Assembly (NCBI RefSeq): GCF_000150275.1
Contig: NW_002060948.1
Location: forward strand, 5,316,336 to 5,380,335
Reading direction: 5' to 3'
Length of the DNA: 64,000 bases
Origin: Trichoplax adhaerens
Lineage: Eukaryota; Animalia; Placozoa
Position 1 is the stretch's first letter, and every line of letters begins with the position of its first letter. The notes under the pieces are model-generated. The model was not told the DNA's origin and searched no databases. It saw nothing but the letters and a program-made list of their open reading frames with translations. Below, in pieces: positions 26,861-39,221 of the stretch. Position numbers and translations under genes: made by a program.

Positions 26861-27774
26861 CACAATCTTTATTTTATACTGAAGGTCTTTTATAGCTGCA
26901 TTCAATGACGAGTGAACTGATAGAAGATTTCATTCGATCGAGTAAAATTAAACTGTACAATCTCTTAATTAATTCTAATAAGATTTATTTTAACAATGTG
27001 ATGAGGAGTTCAGTGATTCAGTGGTGCGGACTTTGTTGCCATGCGAAGAAATATACCAATGTTTTATACGAAAAATTGGATACTATATTATGCTGTAGAC
27101 TGTAATTGCGTATATGTGGTTGTTATGGTAGAACAGCGTACAAACTGACTTAAAGTAAAGTGAGGAAATATTAATACTACTACTGCTACTCAACGATATC
27201 CTAGATAGAAATCAACGATATTTATAATTTGAAGACAGCATACATGCAGAAAAAGGATTGTAGGATTAAATACAACAAATGGGTATATCATAGTAGACTA
27301 TGTACTAGCGAATGATTGTAGAAAGGAATAAAACTATACGGGCTATAAATAACCAAGGCAAGCTATATATGAATATATTGCAACAAAACTGTAGCAGGTA
27401 GCTATGTTAACGGTTATGTTTAAGAATATAGTAGTTACAGTACAAACTAAATACACTACAAGTGCCATCGACGTAAACGTATCAGGCTCTGGTAGAAAAT
27501 AAGTAGTTGCGGCATTATATAGTCTACCTTAATTATGTAATCCGATATTGCCTAAATCTATTCCTATTAACTGAAAATAAAATGCTAATCTGATATCTAC
27601 AGTATTGATAGTTACTGCAATAACTATTAAAATGAAAGATAAAAACAATAAAAATAAATTAATCGCGGTGATCCCTTTCTTTATTTAATCTTGTATCACT
27701 GCATTGAATAATACCGTGCATGACTGATGGCTACTGACAATTTGGAGGCCTGTAAAGTTGCGTAATATTACTAG

Positions 27775-27917
27775 CTATCATTTTTACATCTCTATGCTGA
27801 TGTGATAAAAATATCTTATTAAACATGCAATAAGAACTACAGTTTCTTGTAATACTTCATTTTATTATGTCATGCGCGTATAATTATAGTCTTAAGCTTA
27901 TTTGGGACTGCCCTACA
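27775..27917 (-). mobile_element. Internally deleted third copy of the same LTR-like repeat
   Basis: tgtgataaa..gaactacagtttctt.taa.acttca.ttttatta matches 12330-12395 and is joined directly to aagcttatttgggactgccctaca, which matches 12796-12820. Confidence 0.55.
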
Positions 27918-28538
27918 GCTGAATAAAATAAATTGTTTGACAGCCATTTTGTAAAGATCGATACATTGCAGGAAAGCGACTCAGGAGACTGTCAATCCTA
28001 TTCGTTATGAAATTAGGATTTTAAATGCTATCTTGCAGTTTTGTCACTCATGGTAGTACCATATTTATCTATGGACTAGCATACCTTTCCATAATTAGTC
28101 GACATTGTTTGTAAGATCGATCTCCTTGTTCTATCTCGCCTACAGTGAAGTGTATGCAATGATTTCCTCTACGGAGTAACACTATAGCATTTCGCTCGAC
28201 GAAGTCTAATTATAATTGTCAGTTTTTATTGTCAAAATAAATATGCCTGAATTGGAGACGTAAAGGTATGCATTATCCATAGCATTGTTGAAATTCAATA
28301 ACTTGGCAATTTGGATCACTGATTGAATTTCCTTAATATTAATCGCGGACAATAACAGTCATGATTTGATATTATTAGTATGTTATTAATGATTAAGAGT
28401 TAACTTTGATTACTACGGCGTAAAACATATTGTTGAACGTTTTATTGTCCTGTAGTTCTTCTGTTGACTTTCGTAATGACTTTGACCCTCATTGCAGGAG
28501 TCCCACAGGGGACCAAACGATTTGAAACAACATCTGTT

Positions 28539-28664
28539 TATATATATGTTAGTCGGCCCTTCCTAGGAATGGGCGGTCATTCTTAGAAATGGCCGCAATC
28601 TTAGCATTGGCCGTAACCAATCTTAAGGACAAAATCATTCTTAGGAATGCCCTTAACATATATA
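28539..28664. mobile_element. Miniature inverted-repeat element with internal palindromic repeats
   Basis: Ends tatatatgtta / taacatatata. Inside are about 5 copies of a roughly 17-nt unit cattcttaggaatggcc. Confidence 0.55.
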
Positions 28665-29895
28665 TTCATGTTGCACGCGGTCAGGATCAATTTAATATTT
28701 TTGTTTTGTAAAGTTATTGGAAATTATGTTGTATGATGATGGCTAGCACTGTCCTTCTTGTATCCATGCAGTCCTTGCACTTTGTGCATACTGTGTGGTA
28801 TGTATGTACAATTAATTACAACCAGATCTCTTTGAGGACAATCAAATCAATAGCGCTCTACAAGTTATTGTTCCATAAGGCCTAGACCTGTTTTCTTCAC
28901 GCCTTCAAGGCAATTGTCCTCTTCCAACTATCTGTCATACAGCAGAAACTATCATTTGTTCATTAGCATGATTCTATTAAAGATGGAAAGAATACTTTAT
29001 CATTATCTTCTCCCTCTATTATTTTGCTATAGTAGGCAAATTCAAATTACATAATAATAAATTACATAATCTTCAATGAATCGTGCATCAATTCATCCTA
29101 TCTTGCTATTATTGGATGAATAATATCCAGCCATATCTCTATCGCTAACGTTATTCTTTCAACATCGCTTATGTTCAATGTATAATGTTTTACTTATTCG
29201 ATGGGCGTTAAAATATTATTTTGAAAGAAAGCTGCTTAACCAGAGTGAATAAGCGTTATATCATAAGCGGCCGCGCTATAACATCTAGTTTTGTCTGGGG
29301 ATTGAAAGGGCAGGAGAAGGTTAAAAAAAACTTGTATTCTTAAACAGACAGTCTGGCATACAGATTACCCTCTCTCTCTCTTAATTCTAATCAATAATCC
29401 GGATGTTTAACATAATCGTTCAAAGCCAGTCTATGTATCGGCACGACCGCCAAGGAAATGAATAGCTCGCCTTGGCAGTGATTATCATTTCCTCAGTTGA
29501 ATATTAGTATAGCTACCATATATGAATCATATTGAATGTTTGTGGGCACTGTAAAGCATACAGGAGTATTCTTTTCCTTCTTCATTTCTTATTGAAGTCT
29601 TAACTTTATGTAGATAAATAGGGAAGAGAGTAATTATTAACGGAGAGTGGTGAACAAAGGATAGTAAATGGTTTACAAACTCCAGGACGTAGATGTAATT
29701 CATCTCAAGACCACCCTAATAACTTACGTCATAGCAAGTCGCGTTAGAAAATAAAAGCGATTGTTCCGAAGCAGACGTTGCATAAGACAGTGTAGTTTGT
29801 TATTTTTCTAATCCCTTTTTAATTTATTAATTATTTCCTTCAACCGCTTTCCTTTCGCGGTCAAATAAATTTCAATCGCAAGGCGAGAAAGTAAA

Positions 29896-32800
29896 ATGAC
29901 GAACAATTCAAATCATCAGGAGGAACTGATCGTCGAGAGCGACCAACGTGAGGCAAATCACAGCAGTGCTAATCAGGTAGGATGCACGTAGCTTTCTTTC
30001 TCCTTCAAGTAAATACGTTTATGTCAATATGTACTTTAATCAACTTGCCATACATCAACAACGATCGATAGCGTTCTGTAAGGTAACAAGAATTAGACAC
30101 GCATATTATTTAATCGTCATGATAGATATCCGAGAGATACGAGATAGATTAGGATGATAAAATAGATTGATAAGGAGAAAAAATACTAGTAGCAGTCGAT
30201 AATATAGTACACGATCGAGACATCAATAGTCAAATCAATTAAAGATAAAATGTTCATACGCTATGAAATGATAGCCGATGTTCATGTCTAATTAATTCTC
30301 ATCATTTTATTCATTCTTTCATTTGGACTCAAAGACATCCCGACATGAAAAGAAAAGCCTTAGTAAGTATTCTATCCAAGGCATTAGGCAACAAGATATG
30401 AAAGACCTAGTTTGTCTTGATAACAGATTAATCTCTTATAGTTGATAAATTCCCACTACAACTAATCTGACTTGCTTTATAGTTGTTTTTAAGCTTCATG
30501 AAGTTCCTCCAATTATGTTTACCATTGGCCTAGCATTCCAAGTAATCGTGTAGTATTATGCAAAGTACAATAGACTACCGATTTAATGGTAGTTATGTAG
30601 CTAGTACTTGTACTGTTTTTATTTTTTCATTAAATATTGAATTACCATTTCGATACTTGTTAAAGGTCAACGTTATTCTACAATAACTAATTAAATAATT
30701 TATCCGATCCTACTATTTTCCGGCAGCATTATTTAACCATGTTTGGTGGTACTATTTCATTGCCGTTTGTTGTATCGGCTCCGCTTTGCATTGGTAACAA
30801 TAATCCATTAGCCATTAGCGATTTAATTTCCACTGTTTTCTTTGTTTCCGGCATTGCTACCTTATTGCAAGTAACATTTGGAGTCAGGTTAGTTTACATT
30901 CAATAAAGCGTATCAATGGTTCTTCTTAATGTATTGATATCTTTAATAGATCCGTACAATTTGATGCTATAGTAAAATTGATTGTACCTCATAAAGCAAT
31001 AAATTCCGTTGTGTTTCCACTCTTAGTCGTTAACGTTAACACGAGGAACTTTGATACACTCCTACTAGTAAGCTTACTGAAAAAGTCCCTTTTATTTAGG
31101 ATTTACTGCATTTAAATAGTATAGCTGTAATGGCGTATTATACCCTTATCTTAGTAATTCATTACCTTATCTTATGCTAACACGTTAGGTGCAGTACAAC
31201 AAGTCACTGTATTCTTACATACATAACAAATTCTACTTCTGCATTATAAAAAGTCCTATGCTTTTATGCAAAGTGATTTACTTAATTTTAAGAAAGCCCC
31301 AATTAGAATTTCTTTCTCTTGCATAGTAGAGGTATAACTTAATTTCAATAATATTCATTCACACTACTTTATTTGATCTGTTTGTTGGCTTTTCTTCCAA
31401 GATAATACAGTAGGGATTATAAGGTTGTTATGGCTTGAATAATTACGTCGACCATCCAAGCTTAACCTACCGATTTAAATAGTAGTTGCTCTACCGTACG
31501 AATGTTCTATACAGTATAGCGTCAATTGATACCCATGAATAAATTTCTTCATCATTACTACTTTATCCTCAACAACGCCATGGTAGTACAATTTGTCAAC
31601 ATAATACGAACGATAGAATCAATATCTTCATGATTTAAATATACCGGGTATTAGTCATTAGCCTTTGATATCTGTTATGTTCTCTGGTCATCGATCGTTT
31701 CTTTAGCCTATTTGATTCAGCCAAGCATTTTAAAAGTAGATTGTCCATTAATCTGTAATCATTATATTGATTATTAAACCAACAAGTTGTATCCAATTCA
31801 TTTACAGGCTACCTATCGTACAAGGAGCATCGTATGCCTTCGTGACACCAACTTTCGCTATAATGTCGCTTGAGAAATGGAAAAGTACATGTAGTCCCAA
31901 TACTGTACCTTGGGCGAGTAAGTCATGATGCAGGATATTTACTAGCTATCTTTTCATAACTCAATCATCATTTCGATTTTTATCATATTACTAATCAAAT
32001 AGAATACACTTTTATTGATTCTTTATAAACATAAATAATAGTAGCCAAGATAGCACTAATAATGTAAAAATTCAATGATGTTCTACTTAATAATTCATGT
32101 AGATTTGACATTAGACCAGCAAAACAATCAAACAGAAATGTGGCAGTCTCGTATTCGAGAGGTAATTTACTCCTGTCCTTATAGATAGTCAGGGATACCC
32201 ATGGAGCAGTAAGATAACGAATTTGCATACTACTATATAATTCCAATCAACTATTTTTCATCATGTCTAACGATTCTACGTAAACAATTCATTCTTTTCA
32301 AATGTTTTTATCTCGCTAATAACTTATGCAAATTTTAAATAAATTAAGAAAAATTGCTTTCTATGCGTAAAAAATTATTATCAATGCATATGTTAAGATT
32401 CAAGGTGGAATCATGTTGGCATCGCTGTTTCAAGTAGTCATTGGGTTTACCGGCTTAGTTGGTCTTTGCCTACGATTTATTGGACCTATTACTGTTGCTT
32501 GCACAATCACTTTAGTTGGATTAACGCTAGTTAGTACAGCGACCCTTTATGCATGTAAGAAAATAATAGATGTTTACAATCTTGTCGATATAAATTCTAA
32601 AATATATGAAACAACTGACAATCCTGTTTTTCAGTAGCAATAAAATCTTTAAAGTAAATTTAAATGCCGAAATTCGGATACTAACTATGATAATAAATTT
32701 GATTACAGCTTCTAATTGGGGCATAGCAGTATTGTAAGTAAAAACTCCAATTAATTAAAACCATCAAATTACTAACGCTACCATCAAAAGTTGTAACAAT

Positions 32801-34941
32801 TGTAGCCGTTCATAACAATTTGTCTAATATCTATTAAAAAATATGGTAGGACAATTTTCTTTGTAACCCTTTTCTCTCAAATTCTGGAGAAATATGCTGT
32901 TCCACTACCAGGTTATCAGAGAGGCAAAGGCTGTTATATCAGTAAAGCTCATATATTTAGACTCTTTCCGGTAAGAAAATCTCGATTACTAACAGTGATT
33001 AATCGCTAGTAATAGATTAGTATATTGCAATAGGTAAATTTCAATCGGTTACAAAATTATGTGAATCAGTTGCTCTCTATATATAAAACGTTAATTTTAA
33101 CCTAGGTGCTATAAATATTTCATATTTTATAATAATGATAGGATAATGGTACAGAAATGAAGCTATGACTTTCTCTTATAAAAATTTAAATTAAAAAAAA
33201 AAATAATAAAGTAATTTTAAGATTGATGCAAGTAAAATTTTAACGGTTTGCATTGCTTCCGATTTTTTCGTGCTGGGAGCCAACTATCATTAGAACACGA
33301 GATAACAATGTTCTTAATAATTTTTTTCTGAATTAGGTGTTACTGGCTATTATAGCATCATGGGTAGTTTCGGCCATCCTTACAGCTGCTGGTGCGTTCA
33401 CTTCTGATCGATCCAATCCGGGCTATTTCGCTAGAACTGATGCAAGAATTGCTGTATTGGAAACTTCACCATGGCTTCGGTTCCCGTATCCTTGTATGAT
33501 AATTTTATTTACAAATCACTACAATTTTAGTAGATAATAATATAAATTCATTGTTAATATACCCTAGTGATGAAATCGCTTCTTTAAATTCACTAATATG
33601 ATTGCCTTTTAATCGCCTCATCTTACCTGTACCTTCTATTTAATATTTTAGTCCAATGGGGCATACCTACTACTTCTGTTGCCGGTGTATTTGGTATGTT
33701 GGCAGGGGTTTTAGCGTCTATGATCGAGTCGATTGGCGACTATTATGCTTGTGCTAGACTTGTTGAAACTAGACCTCCTCCAAAGCATGCTATTAACCGT
33801 GGTATTGGCATGGAAGGAATCGGATGTGTCTTAGCTGGTATGATTGGTTCAGGTGCCGGAACAACCTCCTACAGCGAAAATATAGGAGCTATTGGCATAA
33901 CAGGGGTATGATATATTTATTGCTAATATAGCTTTTTCAAATACAAAGAATGTAAAAATTAATACTGTGGGTGCCCATTTTCTATCACGTTTGGACGTTC
34001 ATACATATGCGTAAATCAATTATATCGAGTAATTTGATCGCTTTAAGATATTTATCGATATAACTAAATCATTAGAAAAAGACTCATTGACTGCGGAAAT
34101 ACTATTTTACGATAATAAATTGTATGGTATAAAGGGATTAGTAGTATTTTTAACAAATACAAAATTTTACAAATTGTACAGAATGAGGGATTGGTAGAAT
34201 CTTGAATAGTTATAATTCTATAATGCATTGCCGTAGTAATTCGCGTGCCATAAAAATATCTTAGCTTTCTTACATCATTATGAACTAGCTCTAATTTTGT
34301 CCTGTATCGATATATTAAAGGTTGCTAGTCGAGCTGTAATCCAGTGTGGATCAGTTATAATGATCGTGTTAGCCATAGTAAGCAAATTTGGAGCACTCTT
34401 TGCTTCTATACCCAATCCTGTTGTTGGTGGCGTATTCGTTATTATGTTTGGAATGGTGACGGCAGTTGGAATATCAAATTTGCAGTTTTGTGATATGAAT
34501 TCTCCTAGAAATGTCTTTATTGTTGGTTTTTCTATTATCTTTGGTATGGCTTTCCCTACTTGGTTGAGCACTAACTCGTCCGTAATTAAAACTACCGTAC
34601 CCGAACTTGATCAAATTATTGTTGTTTTACTCAGTACTAATATGGCCGTTGGAGGAGTAACGGCCTTAATCCTTGATAATATTATTCCTGGCACTTTAGA
34701 AGAACGTGGTATGCGTGCATGGTTTCAAGAAACTGAAAATAAGTCTGGTAAAATGACTGAAGAATACGTGAAAGAAATGAAAAAAACTTACGATCTCCCA
34801 TTCGGGATATCGGAATTCTTTCGTAGGTTTACTTGTTCAAGCTATATACCCTTTTGTGCACCACATTACGATATAGAAGAAGAATCAGAACAACACAGAG
34901 ACTTAGAAATAGGAAAAATCATCAATACTAGCAGCGTATGA
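29896..34941 (+). CDS. SLC23/NAT nucleobase transporter, paralog 4 (12 exons, about 610 aa)
   Basis: Exons 29896-29976, 30335-30362, 30483-30541, 30727-30887, 31808-31917, 32103-32161, 32398-32554, 32709-32733, 32850-32970, 33337-33493, 33652-33905, 34321-34941. Motifs: [31 protein letters not shown]. Confidence 0.92.
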
Positions 34942-37366
34942 GAAATGGCTTAGATTTGGACTGCGATAGTTGTTAGTTGCTCTAGTTTCATACTACTCAT
35001 TTTACAGCTATTTTCAATATAAATAATAACAATTAATAATCTTTGCTAGTTACTATAGAGTGAAAAAAAGTACCAATTTTAATTATTCCGGTGTATTTAT
35101 CTGGTAAAATATGTTAGTTTTCACCTCTACGAATATAAATGATATTATAATTCGCTGAATATAGCGGCAGCAAATTTTAAAGTTATTAAAGGCGTGTTTG
35201 TTCTGATATTATTTATTTACAATATTATTATTGTAGTGGAACAAACTGCTTGTACCTACGTTTTATTTTTCACTTTTTGCATGCTTCCTATTATTTATCA
35301 AAATACTAGCAACTAAAAAATAATAAACTTTAAACATGTAATACTTACTATTGTATGATAATCAAAAAAGTCAAGAAATACTAATATTTTATAACCTCAT
35401 TTAATTTTTTAAGAAGCTAGTTACTGATCAAAATTAGCTAGCACTTATCCTGTTGAATAATTAATTGAATAGTATTCGAATCACTGCGACTTCGACTATT
35501 ACCATAGTGTCAATAGCAATGCGAAGACACTCTATTTCTATTTCTGTATACAACATTTGCGTACTTACAAGTAGAATTCTTCAGTAAATCGTTGCCTTGC
35601 CTGGCCAACTCATACTATCCATTTTGATTCACTTAACCTATCATTTCATTCATTTTGCTGCTACTTCGTGAACTCTGCGAGACGCTTTATGGCCATTGGA
35701 TCAGTTCTACATTCGGCCAATCAATAAAGTATCTTATGCACTGCAATACTTCGGCAAAGGGTAGACACAATCAATCATGATGATTTTCCAATTTTATCTA
35801 AAATTGTTTGGGAATGGTTCGTAACTATTGTCTACGAGTAGTTTTTGGATAAAATTTTATGTGGACGAATGTAATGAACTACGGATGCTGCATTCTGTAT
35901 AGCAAATTAAATTCATTACTTTAGAATAAATAATTCTACATTAGCAATAACAAATCGTTAGTATATCTTACTTGTGTCCGATGATAATCTAAATAGAAAT
36001 CAGATACAGGCTTAGCAGACTATCTGGTAGATGCTAATAGATTAGATACTTCACATTTCGGTGTAATATTGATTAGTGAGTAGTTAAGAATGAGCAGTTT
36101 AGCCAAATAAATGTATCAGCATAAATTGTCACGAAAGTTATACTTCAAAGTAGTCTATTAATGCTCAAGCATGTCAATAGATTATGTGTCGTATTAAATA
36201 TCTGTTATGGGAGTGTAGTCAGCTTTACTTTCAGACATATCGGCTCCTTTTGAAAGGAGCAAGTTAAGACTAGTATGCATAATTAAGAATTCTCACATAG
36301 CTTAATTATATGTAATTATGATTGCTGTGCAGAGACATTATGCATATTAGTGATTGATTAATATGCATTAAATAATTGCTTTAGTTCGTGCAAAAAATTG
36401 ATGAGTATCTCGTATATTCTATCTTGATACATTTGTTTACTATATGGAAAATTAAAATTAAATTAATGTGCAGTAATTGCTACTTAATATTTACATTAAC
36501 TTCTATATAGAACTATTCTATCTTTCAAGTGTAGGATAATGGTTTGTTAAATGGAAATTTACGCTGGAGAATTTAATCTTCCACTGGTTATTAGATTTAC
36601 AGGATGTGAATTTCGTTCCGATCCAAGGAAAAAGTATCAGGGTATTTTAGGGTTAAAACTCAGTCCCTAGCAGTAATCTAAATTACTTAATTTGCCTTTT
36701 GATGTGATATATGTTAAAGTAGGTCCACTTTTGTAGATCCAGATATTAGTAAGTACGTACATACTGTATAAGTAGTTTAGAGAGTCTTTTTCGCCTATGC
36801 TATATACAGGATTATAATTTCGCTGAAAGAACCGTCTGTTATGCTGTGATTAGTATCACTGAAATCTCATTTCGTTATTTATTATATGTTCTATATCAGA
36901 AAACGTTCATTCCTTTCCATATTTCATTGCTTTTCGTAGTCAGGTGATCAGTTCAGCCGATATTATCGTAACATATATTTTTAACAATAATATAATCAAT
37001 CATTTCTGATAATATTATTTATTTCCTATTCCTAAAAATCTCTATTTATTTCTTGATGGTAAGGATGACTAATTGATGACGATCCCTAACAGTAGGACCA
37101 ATGAGAATAGAAAACTTTGCCTGTAATCCGAAATTATTGACATAATTAGGATGTGCAGCACCCAAAATGTTTCAATAGCTTTTTTCTTAAAGGAGTCCAA
37201 GAGTGCAGTATACAGAACTTTACAGTTTAGCACTTTTATTCCTAAATAGCCCTAAGTATTCTTATACCCTAAACTGTATTACTCTTTAAATAAAATTACT
37301 CGTGTAATAGCGTAATAATTACATATGAACCATCTGCGTTCTATCAACTCCTCAAATAACAGTATA

Positions 37367-37421
37367 TGTCATGGTCCATGCCCGGGCAACGTACTAGAAA
37401 ACGTTCATAAGGACCGTGACA
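37367..37421. mobile_element. 55-bp TATA-flanked inverted-repeat element
   Basis: tgtcatggtcc ... ggaccgtgaca (10/11 inverted match), flanked by TATA on both sides. A further tgtcacggtc lies at 37488. Confidence 0.45.
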
Positions 37422-39221
37422 TATATAGAGCACACTGAAGTATTTTACAATCCATAAACTAAGTACGCAAAGTATCATGAACATGGGTGTCACGGTCTGG
37501 GGTTTACTAGTTATTATAAAACTATAGCACACTCATACAGCTTACTTTTATATATTCATTGCAGAATTAGATATACGCGTATTAACTAATAGTCGCTATC
37601 GAACTGATGGATAGAAGATATCCGAGAACTGGCGAAACTGTACTATGAACTTTTTAGTGGAAGCACCGGCAATCGATGCATTTTATAATTATTAAGTTCA
37701 TACTGGATAGTTATTATTGGATTTAAATGTTATTGATACAGTTGAAAGCTATTTATATGAAATTTTATTTGACTATCTTGATGGACAGAAATACATGTAC
37801 TAGTTACACGCATCTGCAGGACAAGATCAATAGATTCTAGAACGTAGAACGAACAGATTTCCACATACACTACAACCACCATTAGTCTCAATAAAATTAT
37901 TACTATCAGTATGCATATATAAGAAGTTATATTAAAAATTATTTCAAGCTCTAAAGTCGATATGATACGCAAAGCCTCGAATTTTAACTATTAAATCTTC
38001 CGATGGAGTTGAAGAATTTCAGTAGTAATAGTGTTTCATATTCTAGAAAAATCTCGGTGTTGTTTTATCACTTTTTCAAAAGCATTTTACGTTACTTATA
38101 CTTATTTATGATAATTATAATATGAGCTATCTAATGTTTGGATAGAATATTTGTTAGATAATTTTGGACAATTATGGCTCTTGTAAGGGTACTCGACGAG
38201 TAAGCCACTAACCTAATAAAGCGATGTAGTAGTTTGAAAGACAATATTTAAACATCCCATCTTTATAGATAATACCATTTAATAGAGTTTTTAACAGCAA
38301 CTGCAATACCGTGGCATAGCGATAGATCATTTATGTATTGTTTCGGAAAGATTGAAATGCTTTCCTACTACATCATTTCTTAACAAGCCTTTGAGATATA
38401 TCTAGATTATTTAAATAAAAACAATATGTCACGACCGCACAGTATTTGAATTATGCTGTATACGTATATATGTGTGTCGACCTAGTTTACGATCGGATGT
38501 TGAATCTTAATCAGAATTACTTTAGATGTAGAGTTGATTTATATCTAATAATAGAAAAAACTTTGAGCTAACTTTGCATGACAAAGTATTTTTTAACTAT
38601 GAGGAAAAAATTCTTACGCATGATATCGTTGCTTGATGTACCACACCCGTTTATTATTTAAAAGATTGTCGCGTAAAAAATATCTTTTACTTATCTTGTG
38701 AAATAGTTTCAGAGAGTTTTAAAATAATAATCAATCTGTGAACTTATCCAATCAGCGATAATTTACCTGCAACGTGAAGATGCCTCCTACGGGTAATACT
38801 CAGCGAGTTTAAATTATAGTTCAATTTTAATAGCTACCAAATATTGCTGTTTTCCAATTGGATTGATACCATATCGATGATAGCGCTGACCTTAAAATTT
38901 GATGAAATCTTTGTACATTACAATGACATCTACTAAAATACCGGATAAAATGTAGAATGGATCGTTCTGAACAAATTAGGCTTTGAATGAATTTCAATTT
39001 TTTCTATTAATGGTAACAAACAATTCATAGCATTCGTGACCACATAGCGTTGCAAATAAACTACGTCAGACCACATGCCTAGCTTTAAGTTTGTGATTAT
39101 TATTAAAGACAAATTATTCGGCTGTTTAAATTGCAAAATTGGTTTATATTTCTCTGATTGTGCTGGATAGTTGCATTTGCTTTTTAGTACAATCTAAGAA
39201 AACAATTATACACTGTCCAAT

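Noticed and set aside
28539-28664. Palindromic short repeats as a CRISPR array
   Set aside because: No unique spacers, no cas genes and a eukaryotic context.
36243-36260. gctccttt-tg-aaaggagc hairpin as a terminator
   Set aside because: Short isolated palindrome in eukaryotic intergenic DNA, expected by chance.
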